Source: Vitrella brassicaformis CCMP3155
Taxonomy: Eukaryota > Protista > Chromerida
Reading direction: 5' to 3'
Assembly (NCBI GenBank): GCA_001179505.1
Contig: CDMY01000461.1
Coordinates: forward strand, 1-64,000
DNA: 64,000 nt
The notes beneath the pieces were generated by a model. That model was given only the letters and a program-made list of their open reading frames with translations, did not search any database and had not been told where the DNA came from. A program made the position numbers and the translations under genes. Of the stretch, positions 47,963 through 60,924 are shown one piece after another. Each line of letters starts with the position of its first letter. The stretch's first letter is position 1.

Positions 47963-48996
47963 CTATGCATGGGCTTCGATCTCCTGCTTCCTTGCCTTCC
48001 GCCTCTCCTTCTTGCGCTGAAACTTGGCCTTGAGGGCCTCGATCTTCGACTCGGACAGCTGCTTCCCCTTCGGCCGCTTCTTTGCACGACGCCTGCATCC
48101 AACACGCACATACACACACACAGATGCATCCTTTGCGCCGCTCGATGTTTCCACACGCACGCACGCACCTTTTCGATTTGTCAGAGGCTTCGGTTGTTCC
48201 CTCTTGAGTGGCATTCTCCACAGTGCTGTTGCGAGCCCTCTTCTTGCCGCCCTTGTGTGTGGGGCCCTCATCATCGCCGTCAGCTTGGGGCTGCTCGTCG
48301 GTCTCGGTCTCGCCCCGCTTTCTCTTCTGCCTCCTGGTCTCCCTGTCGGTGGCCTCTTGTGCGATGCGCCTCTTGGTCTCCTCCATGGCACTGACGCGCT
48401 TCTGGTGAAACTGCACCAACACACCCACACCAGACACACAGATACCGGGACGATATGTGGGCCTGTAGGTGTGTGCATGGACGTCGTATGCATTCATACA
48501 GGGCTGGCTGGCCGGCTGGGTGACCGACCTTTGATTCGATGTGTCGCTCGAGGTCGATGTCGTTGAGCAGCACCTTCTCGGGACACAGCTTGCAGTAGAA
48601 CTTGCCGCGGAAGTCCCGATCCATCTCATCATCGGCATCCTCATCCTCGCCCTCCTCACCCTCACCATCGTCTTCGTCTGCACCTGCATCATCCGGCTGT
48701 TGAGGCGGCGTCACTCGCCTGTCCCTTCCTTTGACGGCAGCCTCCCGATCTGAAAGCACAAAGGAAGGCCACCATTTCCTCGCCCTCTTCTGTGTCTGTG
48801 GGCTCCTTTCACCTTCACGTAGCGTCCCATCGTCGCCCTCATCCTCTGCCTCAGCCTCTTCCTCTTCCTCGTCGCCCAAATGCTCTCTATCGTCATCTGA
48901 ATCGTCTTCCGACTCATCGCCCTCGTCCGGCTCCTCGTCACTGTCATCTGGATCAGGGTTGGACGCGTCCAGGAAGGCCAGGGCACGCTTGAACAT
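47963..48996 (-). CDS. C2H2 (U1/matrin-like) zinc-finger protein with acidic N-terminus and Lys/Arg-rich C-terminus
   Basis: FYCKLCPEKVLLNDIDLERHIESK|FHQKR after splicing; D/E tract; KFQRKKERRKARK tail suggests nucleolar targeting. Confidence 0.7.
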
Positions 48997-49111
48997 CGGC
49001 ACGGTCGATGAAGGATGGAACGGATCTGGCTGATCTTGATGGAAAACTGATGATCGAATAGTCTACAAACGCCTTCTGTCCTCTCACACTCACTCGCAGC
49101 GATGGGGCAAA

Positions 49112-50353
49112 ATGAGATCTGCACAGCTCGCAGCTAAGCTCGCAGGTGAGGTCAGCAACTTTTTCAGTTGCCTCGGCCACAAACAAGTGATTATAGAGGT
49201 GCAGGCTTCGAGAATGAACGCCTTGTTCAGTCGGCTGAGTCTTCGTGATGACGGCGGCGAGGTGAGGATTTCGTCCCAATCGGGGCAGTCGGCCTCGTTC
49301 AAATGGAGCCCAGGGGCCTCCTACGCCGACTTCCAGAAGGAGTTCACCGAGGCCTGCTGCGAACTCTTCGGCACCAAAGACAGGGAGGCATTCAGCATCC
49401 AGGTCAGCCATCAAGACACGTAGACTGTGAGCAGACATGCCATGGGATGCGTTGTGTGGTTCAGGCCGGTGCTGACAACCCGACTCTTGTTGCCCTGAGG
49501 GACGTCTTCAAGGGCAAAGTGACGGCCGTCACACTCGTGGTAAGACATCACAACCGGGGAGGGCATGGCCATCCCATCACGTGCTGCTTGTTCTCTGTCT
49601 TGTGTTGATTCGTCAGCCGTCGGGCGGGAAGCTGGAAGACGCGACGGCTGCCACCCGCCCCACCTCTGCACCCTCCCTTGCACCCGCCCCACCTCTGCCA
49701 CCTCTCCACCCGGACAAGCCATCCGGCCTACTCGCCGCCCCACCAGGTGCGATGAAGGCAGGCAGATTAAACATCGGCTGGCTGATGTTTGGTGCCGTTT
49801 TTGTGTGCAGGACCAGGTCGGATCAAGGGTCAGTCGGGTGCCAATGCGGCGGGGGGGAGCCAGATCAAGTTCATTCAGCTGATGAACGCCAACAAGAACC
49901 CCAATCCCAGTGTGGACAAGAGCAAGCTGACCAAGGAGGAGGTCGCCAAACACAAAAAGGGCGAGGACGCTTGGACGATTCTCAACGGCAAGGTCTACCA
50001 CATCTCGCCCTACCTCGACTTCCATCCTGGAGGTCAGTCCAGTCACCATACACACGCACACACACACCGACATGGGAACCTGGAGATTCATTGGCATGTG
50101 TGTGTGTGTGTGTGTGTGTTCGTGTGGTCTGGTCAGGCCGTGCGATACTGATGTCGGTAGCTGGGAAGGACTGCACAAGTCAGTTCAACAAATACCACCC
50201 GTGGGTCAACGCTGATGCGCTGCTGGGTGAGTGACGTGACCAGCACACCGCACCACACACACAGCCCAGCCTGCCGACTTTGCAGGGAAGCTGTTTCTCG
50301 GTCCCGTGAAGAGTTCGCTGCCAAAGCTGTCAGAGGAGGCAGACGAAGAGTGA
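49112..50353 (+). CDS. Cytochrome b5-like heme-binding protein (IRC21/CYB5R4-type) with N-terminal extension
   Basis: LTKEEVAKH...AWTILNGKVYHISPYLDFHPGG|..AGKDCTSQFNKYHPWVNADALLG|KLFLGPV. Confidence 0.88.
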
Positions 50354-50857
50354 TGATGATGATGTTGATGTCGGGCTGTGTATGTTTGTTGTGTGGCTGC
50401 ATGTTGTTGCTGCATGGCAGGGGGTCCATCCAACCAAGTTGGCTGTGTGTGTAGAGCCGCATTTATTGCTCATGCGGCGAGGGCCTTTTCTGTGTCGATA
50501 TGTGAGTCTCTCTCTCTCTCTCTCTCTCTCTCGGCTCTCTCTGACGTGACCACTGTAGCGATACACATACGTTTGTGTGAGCGGAGTGAAGCTCTCTGGC
50601 CAGGTGCATGATTGTACAGACATTGTCTGGGCGTAGTTGCTGCTTGCGGCATTTTTTCAGTTTCTTTTGCTCTCTTGACCTTTTGAGATGCCAAGTGAAA
50701 GGTCTGCACACATAATCCTGCCACTCTGCCAATTGAAAATAGGGTTTGGCGAGCTTTAACAGCCTCAAAGGTGTTTGAAGGCCGAAGGCGCGTGAGTTGT
50801 GTGAGGAGCACCTGCAGGGTGGCTTGTGACGTGTGGATCTGTGATCTGTGTGTGGTG

Positions 50858-53800
50858 ATGGTGTCTGAGACGGAGTTAGCGGCCGTGCGGTCGGCAATGC
50901 TCACCGTCCGCGTGCCCAATGCAAGCGACAAGGTCTTCAAAACCGAATGCCTCTTCAGGTCGGTGGCACGGCACCGACACACTGACTGACCGAAGAGGGA
51001 GGGAGAGATCTCTCACGCAACACACAGATCTACAAGTGTGTCGTGCTGTCTGTCTGCCTGCCTGTGTGGGTGTGGGTGTGGATGTGTTCAGTTTCGACAC
51101 CGTCGAGTCGCCCGACGGCCTGTACATCAACATGAGGACGTTCGAGTGCTTCGGCAGGGACTTCGTGCAGCTGGACAGCGAACGCACCGGCAACAAGCTC
51201 TACTACCACATCAAAGACGTCAAGATCCCCAAGCCGCAAACCGAGGACACCGAGACCGGAGAGGCCAAGAAGGAGCCCACCAAGCTGGCGATTGGCGTCG
51301 AGGGCGGGTAAGTGCCATGGGCATCGTGGTGGACGGTGGGGACAGACAGAACAGACGAGGGTGGGAGGGAGCTGGTTGCGGTGATGATCTCTATTCCAAG
51401 AGGTTGCTACTGAAGTGGCCGTGTTGATACCTACACTGAACAATCCGAATCTGAGCAACCGATACAGTCAGTCAGTCAGTCAGTCAGACAGGCGAGAAGA
51501 GTTTTGTGGGCGTCAGCGTCGTGTGATGACACGCGATTTTACCCACGCTTTTGATGCTTCCGAAGCGTCAAGGGCACGTGATACAGACAAACCGCTACCC
51601 TAGCCAAGCTGACCACTGCTGACGCCCACACATACACACATACACACACACACACACAGAGACAGAGAGAGAGAGAGAGAGAGCGAGAGAGAGTGCACAG
51701 TACACAGATGGCGCACGGATGGCTGCGTGTGGCTCTCTCTGTATGTGTGTGTCGTGTCAGATTCATGGGGGGCGAGGCAGCGTTCGAGACAATATCGAGC
51801 ACGTCGGTGGTGGTGCTGCCTGAGGGGTATGAGATCCCTCTCCCCTGCCAAGAGCTGCCCGAGATCGTCATCCAGGTACACACACACACACACGGAAAGA
51901 CGAAGAATGAATGCATGTGTGTGTGTCTGTGTGTCTGTGTATGTACTGTTCAGTGCATCACTGGGATCACGGCTCACTCTGGCGGTGCGATTGAGGACCA
52001 TCTCGCTGCATATGAGGAGGAACCGCCGAAGGTACCACAACACAACACAACACATTACACGCACAGTAGACGGACAGACAGACAGAACAGAATGGCCATC
52101 CCTCTCTGGTGTGCATGGTGGCGGTGTCTTGTGTTTGCTGTTTGCTGTCCTGTGGTGCAGCCGAGCAAGTACGCCGAGAATCTTATCCAGGTGGCCAACC
52201 CGCCTCAGATCCCTCCGGGGAACTGGAGGTGCGCCGAATGCGGCACCGGACAGAACCTCTGGCTCAACCTGTCCGACGGGTGAGAGGCGACGGGAGCACC
52301 ATCCCTGTATGTGTGCTGTGTGACAAATGGACGTCTGTGTGTCTTTGCTGCCTGTCGTGTGTAGGTTCATCGGGTGTGGTCGGAAGCTGTATTCGGTGTG
52401 GGATGGCTGTGTCGGCGGGCAGGAGGGCGCGGCCATCAGGCACTACCAGGTCGGTGGGCGAGTTAATTGTTCGTCCCGGCCACACACATGATTGTGCGAG
52501 TCTTTGGGCCATATTAGGACACTGGTTGCCAGTACCCCCTGGCTGTGAAGCTGGGCACCATCACCGCCCACACGGCAGACGTATACAGCTACGCCGCGGT
52601 GAGTTCTAACCTCGAGGACCCACACACACGACACTGACCGACTGACTGGCGACACTCGGAGCGATCGACGTCCGCACTGGGGCTTATGTGGGTGTGTCCA
52701 TGTGCGTGTGATTTAGGATGAGGACACCTCTGTGGAGGACCCGTACATAGCCAAACACCTCGCACACTTCGGCATCAACATTCAAAGCGTAACTGTGCCA
52801 CATAGGATACGCGACATGGCGGCATGCGTCGCGTGTGCACATGGATGTGTGTGTGTGTGTGTTTAGCTTGAGAAGACTGAGAAGACGATGACGGAGATGT
52901 CGATTGAGCACAACATCAAGTACCAGTGGGACCGCATCACCGAGGCCAACAAGAAACTCATCCGCATGGACGGACCAGGGTCAGTGAGGGAGACCACACA
53001 CACAACACACACATGTCACCAGTCGTTCGTGTGTGTACCGACCGGTGCCATTCTTGTGTGTGTTTGTGTCAGCTACATCGGTCTGAAGAACCTCGGCAAT
53101 AGCTGCTACATGAACTCTATCGTGCAGGTCACCCAAACCAGCCAATGCTCTTGACATCTCCCACTCTCCATGGGTGTGTGTCTCGGTGCAGGTGCTGTGC
53201 AGCCTCCCCGAGGCTCAGAAGAAGTTCTTCCAACACGCCGACGAGATCTTCAAGACGCTCCCACGGGTACGCGCGCATCCACATGACACCAAGATCAGAT
53301 CACCCCCCCACACCCACACCGACACCGACTTGTCTCTCTCTGGCCACACACATGAATCAATAATCAGGACACGAGCGCATCCTCCGACTTCCTGACGCAG
53401 CTGTGCAAGCTGTGTGTGGGGCTGCTGAGCGACCGCTACCCCCAGCAGCACCAGGCCGTCATGGCCAAGCGCAAGGAGCTGGCTGCCGAGGGGGTCGATA
53501 ACGCTTCGCTGTCGGAGGAGGGCACGTCGGTGTCGCCTGGCATGTTCAAGAGCGTCGTGGGCAAGGGGCATTACGAGTTCTCCTCCGGACGGTGAGCGCG
53601 AGTGAGAGAGAGAGAGAGAGAGACAGAGGGAGGGGCGGCCTCTATGTGTGTCTGTGTGGTGCATGTGTGGATGCAGTCAGCAGGATGCGTGTGAGTACTA
53701 CCAGCACCTGATCAACTCGATGATGGCCGTGGCCGAGCGGCTGCTGCCCTCACGATCGCCCGGCGCCGCTGCAGCTGCCGGCATCGACTTCACGCGGCTC

Positions 53801-55860
53801 TTCAAGTACTATGTAGGTAATGCGATTCGGTAGAGACAGGAGAAGACAGGAATGCCTGTGTGTGGTGCGTGGGCAGGAGGAACATCGCTACGAGTGCCCC
53901 CAGACCAATCGCGTAAGCAGCGCTATGTGGAAGGATGGATGGCCTGATGTATGTGTGTTGTGTATGTGCCCCCCACCAGGTCAAGTACAAGTTCAACGAG
54001 GAGGCCTTCCTGCTGCTGCCCGTCCCGGTCGAGTGCGCAACCAACAAGGAACAGGTACACACACGCGCACACAGACAGACAGACCGATACACACGCACAC
54101 ACACGGAGAGAGAGAGAGAGAGAGAGAGACTAGGCAGCCACACACAACACAACACCTGTTTCATCCGTGTGTCTTGTGTGTTTTTGCCTGCCTGGTCAGG
54201 TGCAGGAGTACGAGGAGCGCAAGGCCAAGCGACAAAAGACCGACGAGAAGGCCAAAGAGGTCTGCCAGCCACCACCCACACAGCCCGGGACAACCAACAC
54301 ACACACACCATGGGCACGTGTGTGTCCTGCGTGTCTGTGTGTATGTGTATGTGTGTGTTAGAAGGAGGAGGAGCCCATCCAGCCTCGTGTGCCCTTCAAG
54401 GCGTGCATCGACCAGTACTGCGGCCTGGGGGAGGTCGAGCTCAGATCGGAGGGACGAAATATCATCTGCCACTCACGAGTGAGTCGAACAATGGGATGAG
54501 AGAAGTGCACCCCTGTCTGTGTTGTCTGTGTATGCCACACAGGCGCGCCCCATGACGTTCCCGCCCTACCTGTGGGTGGTGCTGAAGCGCTTCTACCAAA
54601 AGCCTGACTGGACCACCGCCAAACTGGAGGCACTCGTGGAGGTCGGTAACTAACAGGCCCACACGCACTCAACAAACCGATACACACCCGACCTCTCTTC
54701 TCTTTTCTGTCCATCAGATGCCGTCTGAGATCGACCTGGAGATGTTGCGCGGCAAGGGGCCGCAGCCCGACGAGACGGAGCTGCCGTCTGAGCCTGATGC
54801 GGCCACGGCTGGTGCTGGGGGTGGTGCTGCCCCCGCTGCTGCTGCTGATGCGGCTCCTGATGAGATGGTGGTGGCGCAGCTGATGTCCATGGGCTACTCG
54901 AAAAACGCCGCTAAGTGAGAGGAAGAGACTCCTCGCCCTCTCAACTCTCTGCTTGTGTAATATGATGTCCATGTCTGTCCATGTCTGTCCATGTCAGGCG
55001 TGCCTCTCTGGCTGCCCCCAACGCCACAGCGGACGCGGCTCTCGAGTGGCTGTTCGGCCACATGGACGACCCCGACCTCAACGACCCTCCCGTCACCCCA
55101 CAGCCAGCAGCCGCCGGCGGCGGTGGTGGTGGTGGTGGTGCCGCCCAGCTGGACGACGAGAAGGTGGCGAACCTCATGAGCATGGGGTTCGAGAAAGACC
55201 AGGCCGAGTGCGCACTCCTCAAGACCAACATGGGTGAGCTGGCAGACATGGGAGGACAAGACACCTTGGTGCATATGTGTCTGTGTGTGGTTGTGTTGGT
55301 GCAGATGTGGAGCGTGCGGTCGACTGGCTGTTCTCCCACACGGACACCTTGGCTGCTGAGGTGGCGGCCATGAAGGCCGAGAGGGAGGGCGGCGGCAACG
55401 AGGCATCCAACGGTGGCGGTGATGTACAGATGGGGGGCGTCAGCAAGAAAGACCAATACCTCGATGGCGACGGTCAGCAAATCATCGGCCGTAGCGTAAA
55501 TGCCCTGTGTGTGTATTATGGTGGTGTGTGTGTGTAAGTCAGGCAAGTATTCGCTGGTGGGGTTTGTGACTCAGATGGGCAGCAACCTCGCCTGTGGCCA
55601 CTATGTGGCACACATCAACAAGGACGGCAAGTAAGGACCACTGACAAGAGAAGAGAAACACACTCTGCTCTCTCCCACTCTGAGTGAGTGGCGCCTCTCC
55701 TCCATCTCTATGTGTGTGTGGTGTTTCCTTTTCGTGTTCGTGTGTGTGACTGAACAGGTGGGTTGTGTATAACGATCGCAAGGTGGCCATCTCCGAGGAG
55801 CCGCCCTTCGAGTACGGTTACATGTACCTCTACAGGAGGAAGGACTACACGCCCAACTAG
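50858..55860 (+). CDS. USP5: Ubiquitin-specific protease 5/13 (UBP14/isopeptidase T) with nUBP, ZnF-UBP and two UBA domains
   Basis: [20 protein letters not shown]|[75 protein letters not shown]. Confidence 0.95.
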
Positions 55861-56416
55861 CTCACTCACTGACCGCCACTCGCCACTCCCTCACTCCCTC
55901 TCTCTCTCTCTCCCTCTCTCGAGGCTGTTGGTGTGTGAGTGTGACGCATTCCATTGCACTGCATGAGATGGGGCATACAGACGGGACTCTGCGATTTAAG
56001 AAATCCTCCTTTCTCCAGGGTTGGTTGGTTGGTTATTGTGTTTAACGAGACTCGTGTCTGTAACCCCGAGGGGATCCTGTCCAGGTCACGCACTAAACTA
56101 GCAGCATGCACATGCACAGAAGCATGCACACGGCCTGTCTCCCCATCCCACCCACCCACCCACCCACTCGACACGCACGTGCCACCCTATGATGGCCAGA
56201 AGAATCGCTGTCGACACCGGTTGCAGATATACGAGAATGACAGCCAGAGATAGGCACGACACCCAGAGGCTAGTCAGAGAGCTCGACGTCGAGCGCCCAC
56301 TGGTGTGAATTGCACTCGCCAAGCTGTTAGGGCTTCTCGTGAAACTCCTCCTCGCCACTTTGCCGGATCTACCGGATCACCCCCAGATCTGCCCACATCT
56401 CTCACTCCCGTCGACA

Positions 56417-57107
56417 ATGCTGTTCAAGACCCTTGCCCTCGCCCTCCTCGCTGTCGGCCTGGTCCAGGGGGAGACCATCTACGATCATGTCGAAGAGCAC
56501 GCGGACGAAGACCTAGCGACTCTCCTCGCAGCCCTCGAGGCCACCAAGGGAATCCCCAACACCGACGAGAGCCTCCAAGCAATTCTTGATAATCCAGACG
56601 CGGGCAAATACACCCTCTTTGCGCCTATTGACACTGTGAGACATGAAGCAGAAAGCCGCGTGGAATGTGTACGTGCCGTGATGTCTGGTCTGGGTGTCCT
56701 TGGTGCCTGCAGGCCTTTGCTGATGTGCCAGTTGACGATCTGCTGTGTAATGACGCAAACAAGGCTATCCTCGCGGACATCCTCAATTACCACGTCGTGC
56801 CGCCCTTGGACGGGGATCTGCACCCCCTGACCAATCCTGTCCCCACTGAACTGGCAGGCGAGACTCTTGAGGTGGTGAAGGGCGCCGATGGAGTGCCGAT
56901 GACGGTGAACGGGGCTGACGTGGACCCAGACCCGGAGCACAGCCCTCAGGACCTCGAAAACGGCGCCATCTGGGTATGCAGACTGAGATGCACATACGAT
57001 GGATACATGAGATGTTAGGTGGCTGTGTCGTGTCTGGTATGCAGGAAATCAACAAGGTGCTGCTCCCGCCGACGTTCAGCCTGGACGCCCTCACGGCCTG
57101 CGGCTGA
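56417..57107 (+). CDS. Secreted fasciclin (FAS1) domain protein (3 exons)
   Basis: Signal peptide MLFKTLALALLAVGLVQG; YTLFAPIDT|AF (H1), ILNYHVV, NGAIW|EINKVLLP (H2). Confidence 0.88.
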
Positions 57108-57974
57108 CTGCGGGCCAGAGCGGCTGCCCTGCTTTTTGTTGCTTGGGTCTGTTCTGGGTGTGTGGCGTGCCGTTCGTCTGGTCGTCTTCATCAGTGTGTC
57201 CTTTTGGTTGCGGGGTCTGTGTACACGCACTCGGGCATGAGTGGGGAGAGTTTCGTTGACGTGCATGTTCACATCACAGCCGGTATGTCGGGCTCAGGGA
57301 GATGAGAGGTGACGTTCATTTCACGTTGTATCTTTTTATCCGCGTCACGAAGGGGACCGTGTGTGGGGTGGGGTCCGCATGGGTCCTTCTCGCCGATGTT
57401 GGTTTACGCGTGCGTGGTGAGTGATGGCGTTCGTTGTCGCTTTTTTCATCCCGTGTAGGGCAGACATGCCCGCCCTTTCTTCCGCTGCTGTTTTTGAGCC
57501 GCTGCCTCACACACGCACACACGCACACACGCACACACGCACACACACACACAGAGCACAGAGGCAGGTCGGCTTTGCTGCGGTGACACACGCATGCTGG
57601 ATCCACCTGTATCAAGTATCTGTGTGATCGATCGGAAAGGGAACGGCACGGCACTCCACGATATCGCGTGACTGCTCTTTCCTTCCCACTCACACACCCA
57701 AGATCTTCACGCTGGCTGGGTTCGTGATGCATCCCGTTTCTGTGCACCCGAAGCCTTGTGACGCACCAGTTTTCGCCAGCCGCCAACGGCTGCCTCAGTC
57801 AGGTGACATGTGGGATTCTGTGAGGCGTCTTTCTTTTCGCTGACTGCCATGGGGACGACGAGGGCGAAGGTACGTTGTTCATGCCTTCACAGGCGGCCCT
57901 GATGGACGTGAGAGTGTCGCGTGTGTGTGTGTGGGTCGTCCGCACTTTTGTAGTGCTGTTTCGTTTCGTGCTTA

Positions 57975-58104
57975 TGAGCTGCGAGGGGGCGATCGCACTT
58001 CGTTCGTGCTGCATGCCAGTGAGCTGCGAGGGGGCGCTCGCACATCGAGTCACTGACGTGTGCGCGTGTGTGAGGGGGCGCTCACACATCAACTCTGACG
58101 TGTG
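57975..58104. repeat. Three diverged tandem copies of a GAGGGGGCG(A/C)TC(G/A)CAC motif
   Basis: Copies at about 57982, 58028 and 58072, period about 45 bp. Confidence 0.6.
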
Positions 58105-58637
58105 GCTGTGTCTGTGTCTGTGTCTGGAGTGTTGGGGTGTTGGCCGCGACGCCGCTGCACCCCAACGCTCGGGAGTGGAGGGGTGTCGGCGACGGCTTTC
58201 CGCAACATAAAAAGCGAGACACAGATACATTCATACTGCGTGTTAGTGGCGGGGCAGGGAGGCAGCACAGGGTGGGTACGTACACGTTGCGTTTTAATTC
58301 GCTTTCTTTGCAATCGGACCTTTTCATCGTGAGACGGAGGCATGACGATGAATGAGATAAGACACAGCGATACACCTGGCAGAACTTTGACGCACAAATC
58401 CACACCCCACACCAACACAGTGGCACGGACATGAGCACGACAAATCGACAGCCAGTCAGTCTCCCATACTCACAGTGTGTGTACTAGACACAAAAGCAAA
58501 ACTGTGTCACGAGGGTCTCTACATTCGGTATTCTACACGGCAAATCAACAACACCCACCATCGGGCGTGGGTGTCGCGTCGTCTACGCGAATTCACTCAT
58601 TCGTTGTCACATCTGCACTTCAGCCACTGACTGCATC

Positions 58638-59972
58638 TCACCCTCCCGCAGAGGTCTTCACAGCTTCGCCAGTGGCGCCAGCAGCCACAGGCGCACTCTT
58701 GGCTGCAAAGGAAGGGGTGGGGTCGGCCACGAGCGCCTCTAACTCGCGAACTACTCCCTCCCAATCTGTACCTGCACAGCCACAACGAACGATGAGAGAA
58801 GTGGTGGGAGTGGCGTGGATGTGTGTGGAGCGCGTGTGTCTGCTCTTACATCTGACTGTGTTGGGGTGCGAGAGGTCTGCCTTCTGGTTCCAGCCATAGG
58901 ATTTATCCAGATCAAACAAGATAGCCTGCACACACAGAGACAGAGGGAGAATGGGTGCAAGCCAGGGCGACACAGTCGTGTATCCCGTACGCACATGCGA
59001 ACCTTTTGCAGGCAGTGCCTGGCATCCTCAATGTATGACGGCGCGTCGTCGACCAGCGCGATGGCATTCACCTCCTCACACATCTCGCGCTTCGTCCTGC
59101 AGGTAGGCACGCCACACAACACACACACCAACACAATGTAGCCCACAACTGGCAGCACACCCACAACGCCTTTGTGCGCACCTTTTCTCTTCGTGTCCGT
59201 TGATAGAGAAGTGATTGCCGAATAGCACATCCTCAAATACGCCGGGGAAGTGGCGGTCAAGCCAGCGCCTGACCACAAAACGGATGATGCTCAGGTGGAA
59301 AGCCGGGTGCTCACGGTCCGCTGTGTCTGTGCGTGTGTGTGTGTGTGTGTGTGGCCATCTATCTCACATAGATTCCTCTTGTATGGACGTTTGCCTTGAC
59401 GTGACGACGACTAAGCGGAATCGATCTCGCAGCCTGTGGATGCCTTCCACGGCACCTGCAGAAAGGGAATGACGCCACGCCACAGGGGAAACAAACAACA
59501 ATCATATACGAGTGAGTGGACGATGTGACTTGCTGACTTGCTGACCCACCGGGGACAATCTCGAGGTTTCGGAAGTAGTCTGTCTCGAAGAAATCTGCAC
59601 CCAGCACAGCGCACCACACGCAGTGCCACACCGCCTGCACCCCTAGTGTCTTTCCCACCCACCGCGCACCATGGACTTTCTTCAGCGTGTCAGCGTATGA
59701 GCCGCCCCAGACTTCATAGAATAGGTAAGAGTGGAAGTCGGCCACCTGGTAGCTGGTGTGGTAGTGCTTGTTGTGGAAGGCTATCATGCCCTTCAGGAAC
59801 TGACACAACACCTGCACGGCAGACAGACAGACAGGCACAACCACGTTGAGTGAATGGAAACACCAGAGGAAGATGGTGTGTTGTGTGTGCTGTGTGTCTG
59901 TGCGTCGGCCACTCGTGACACCTCGTCCATGTCAATGGCGACGATAGGCTTGTGCAGGCCGTTCATCGCCAT
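58638..59972 (-). CDS. NT5C-like 5'(3')-deoxyribonucleotidase (HAD superfamily, multi-exon)
   Basis: IVAIDMDE|VL (DxD motif I), LVVVTSR (motif II), FEDVLFGNHF, K..MC...ALVDDAP (motif IV), AILFD..YGWN. Confidence 0.85.
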
Positions 59973-60106
59973 GCGGATCATCAACCAAATGACGTCAACA
60001 AGCAATCTTCTCCTAACGAGATTCACTCTTCAAGAACTCTCCTGCCGCCTGGCCTGCTGTCTGGACTGCGAGCTTGGCTGAGAATGTGCGATCCGGGGAA
60101 ACCAAT

Positions 60107-60121
60107 TAGGGTTTAGGGTTT
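60107..60121. repeat. Short interstitial telomere-like repeat TTAGGGTTTAGGGTT
   Basis: Two TTTAGGG-type units in the NT5C/DGAT2 divergent intergenic region. Confidence 0.5.
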
Positions 60122-60924
60122 ACTCCTTGGGCCATCTTCCCGCAGAGCTGTGATGCGTACGTGCATGTGCAGATCTTGAAGTGATGCATTTTGCTGTGCC
60201 AACCGGAAGCCTTCACTTCGTGACCTCATCCGCGCCCTTGAGCCACCTGCTGACCAAGCTCGGCCCTCTCTCCCATGCCCTCGCCTCCCAGCCCTCACCA
60301 GGACACCAGCCAGCATCCCCTGCTGCTGCTCCGGCCACTTGTTTCTCCTCATTTCGGCTGTTGACTCATCATTACAGCCATGTGCAGTCGGCTCTCTGTG
60401 ACCGCTTTGGCGCGTCGCGGTCATTACATAGCCCGGTGTTATGGCCGCTGGGTGGAGGGAAGGGCTTGGTTGATGCGTGGCGGGCCGCCCTCTGTCGATA
60501 TGGTGATGCCGGTGCGTCAGCAGCTGCGTGTACAGCCCTTCAGCAGCAGCAGCGGACGGCCGCCCTGCTGTTGCTTTCCCCCTCCTTCTCGCCTCAGCTG
60601 ATGCGGCCTGCCTTCCCGCTGCTGCTGTGGAGTCGTCCGCTATTTTTCCCCTTGTCGATGCTCTCTCTGCACATGAGTGCCTTCCCCCCTACCGTTGTCC
60701 AATGCCAAGACGACTCGGCGGCTCCACCCACTGAGAGCCAGCACCAGCGTCACCATGCCGACACACACACACAACCGGCCAGCAGCGAGCAGGAGTCTGC
60801 ACACGCCCACACCCCCTCCCCCTCCCCCTCTCCATCTCTCTCTCCCCTTTCGCCCATTCTTTGGCGGCGGCTGTCGTCGAGCAAGTGGTTCGGCAGACAC
60901 GCACCCCCCTGTGTGTGTGAGGAG

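Noticed and set aside
55560-55610. USP5 His-box variant VTQMGS..GHY and Zn[12 protein letters not shown] suggesting inactivity
   Set aside because: The catalytic Cys (NSCYMN), His (GHY) and Asn/Asp (YND) are intact. The changed residues are not the triad, so there is no basis to call the enzyme dead.
58026-58040. AGGGGGCGCTC resemblance to the CTCF site
   Set aside because: CTCF is an animal protein; a short GC-rich match in an alveolate-like genome is uninformative.
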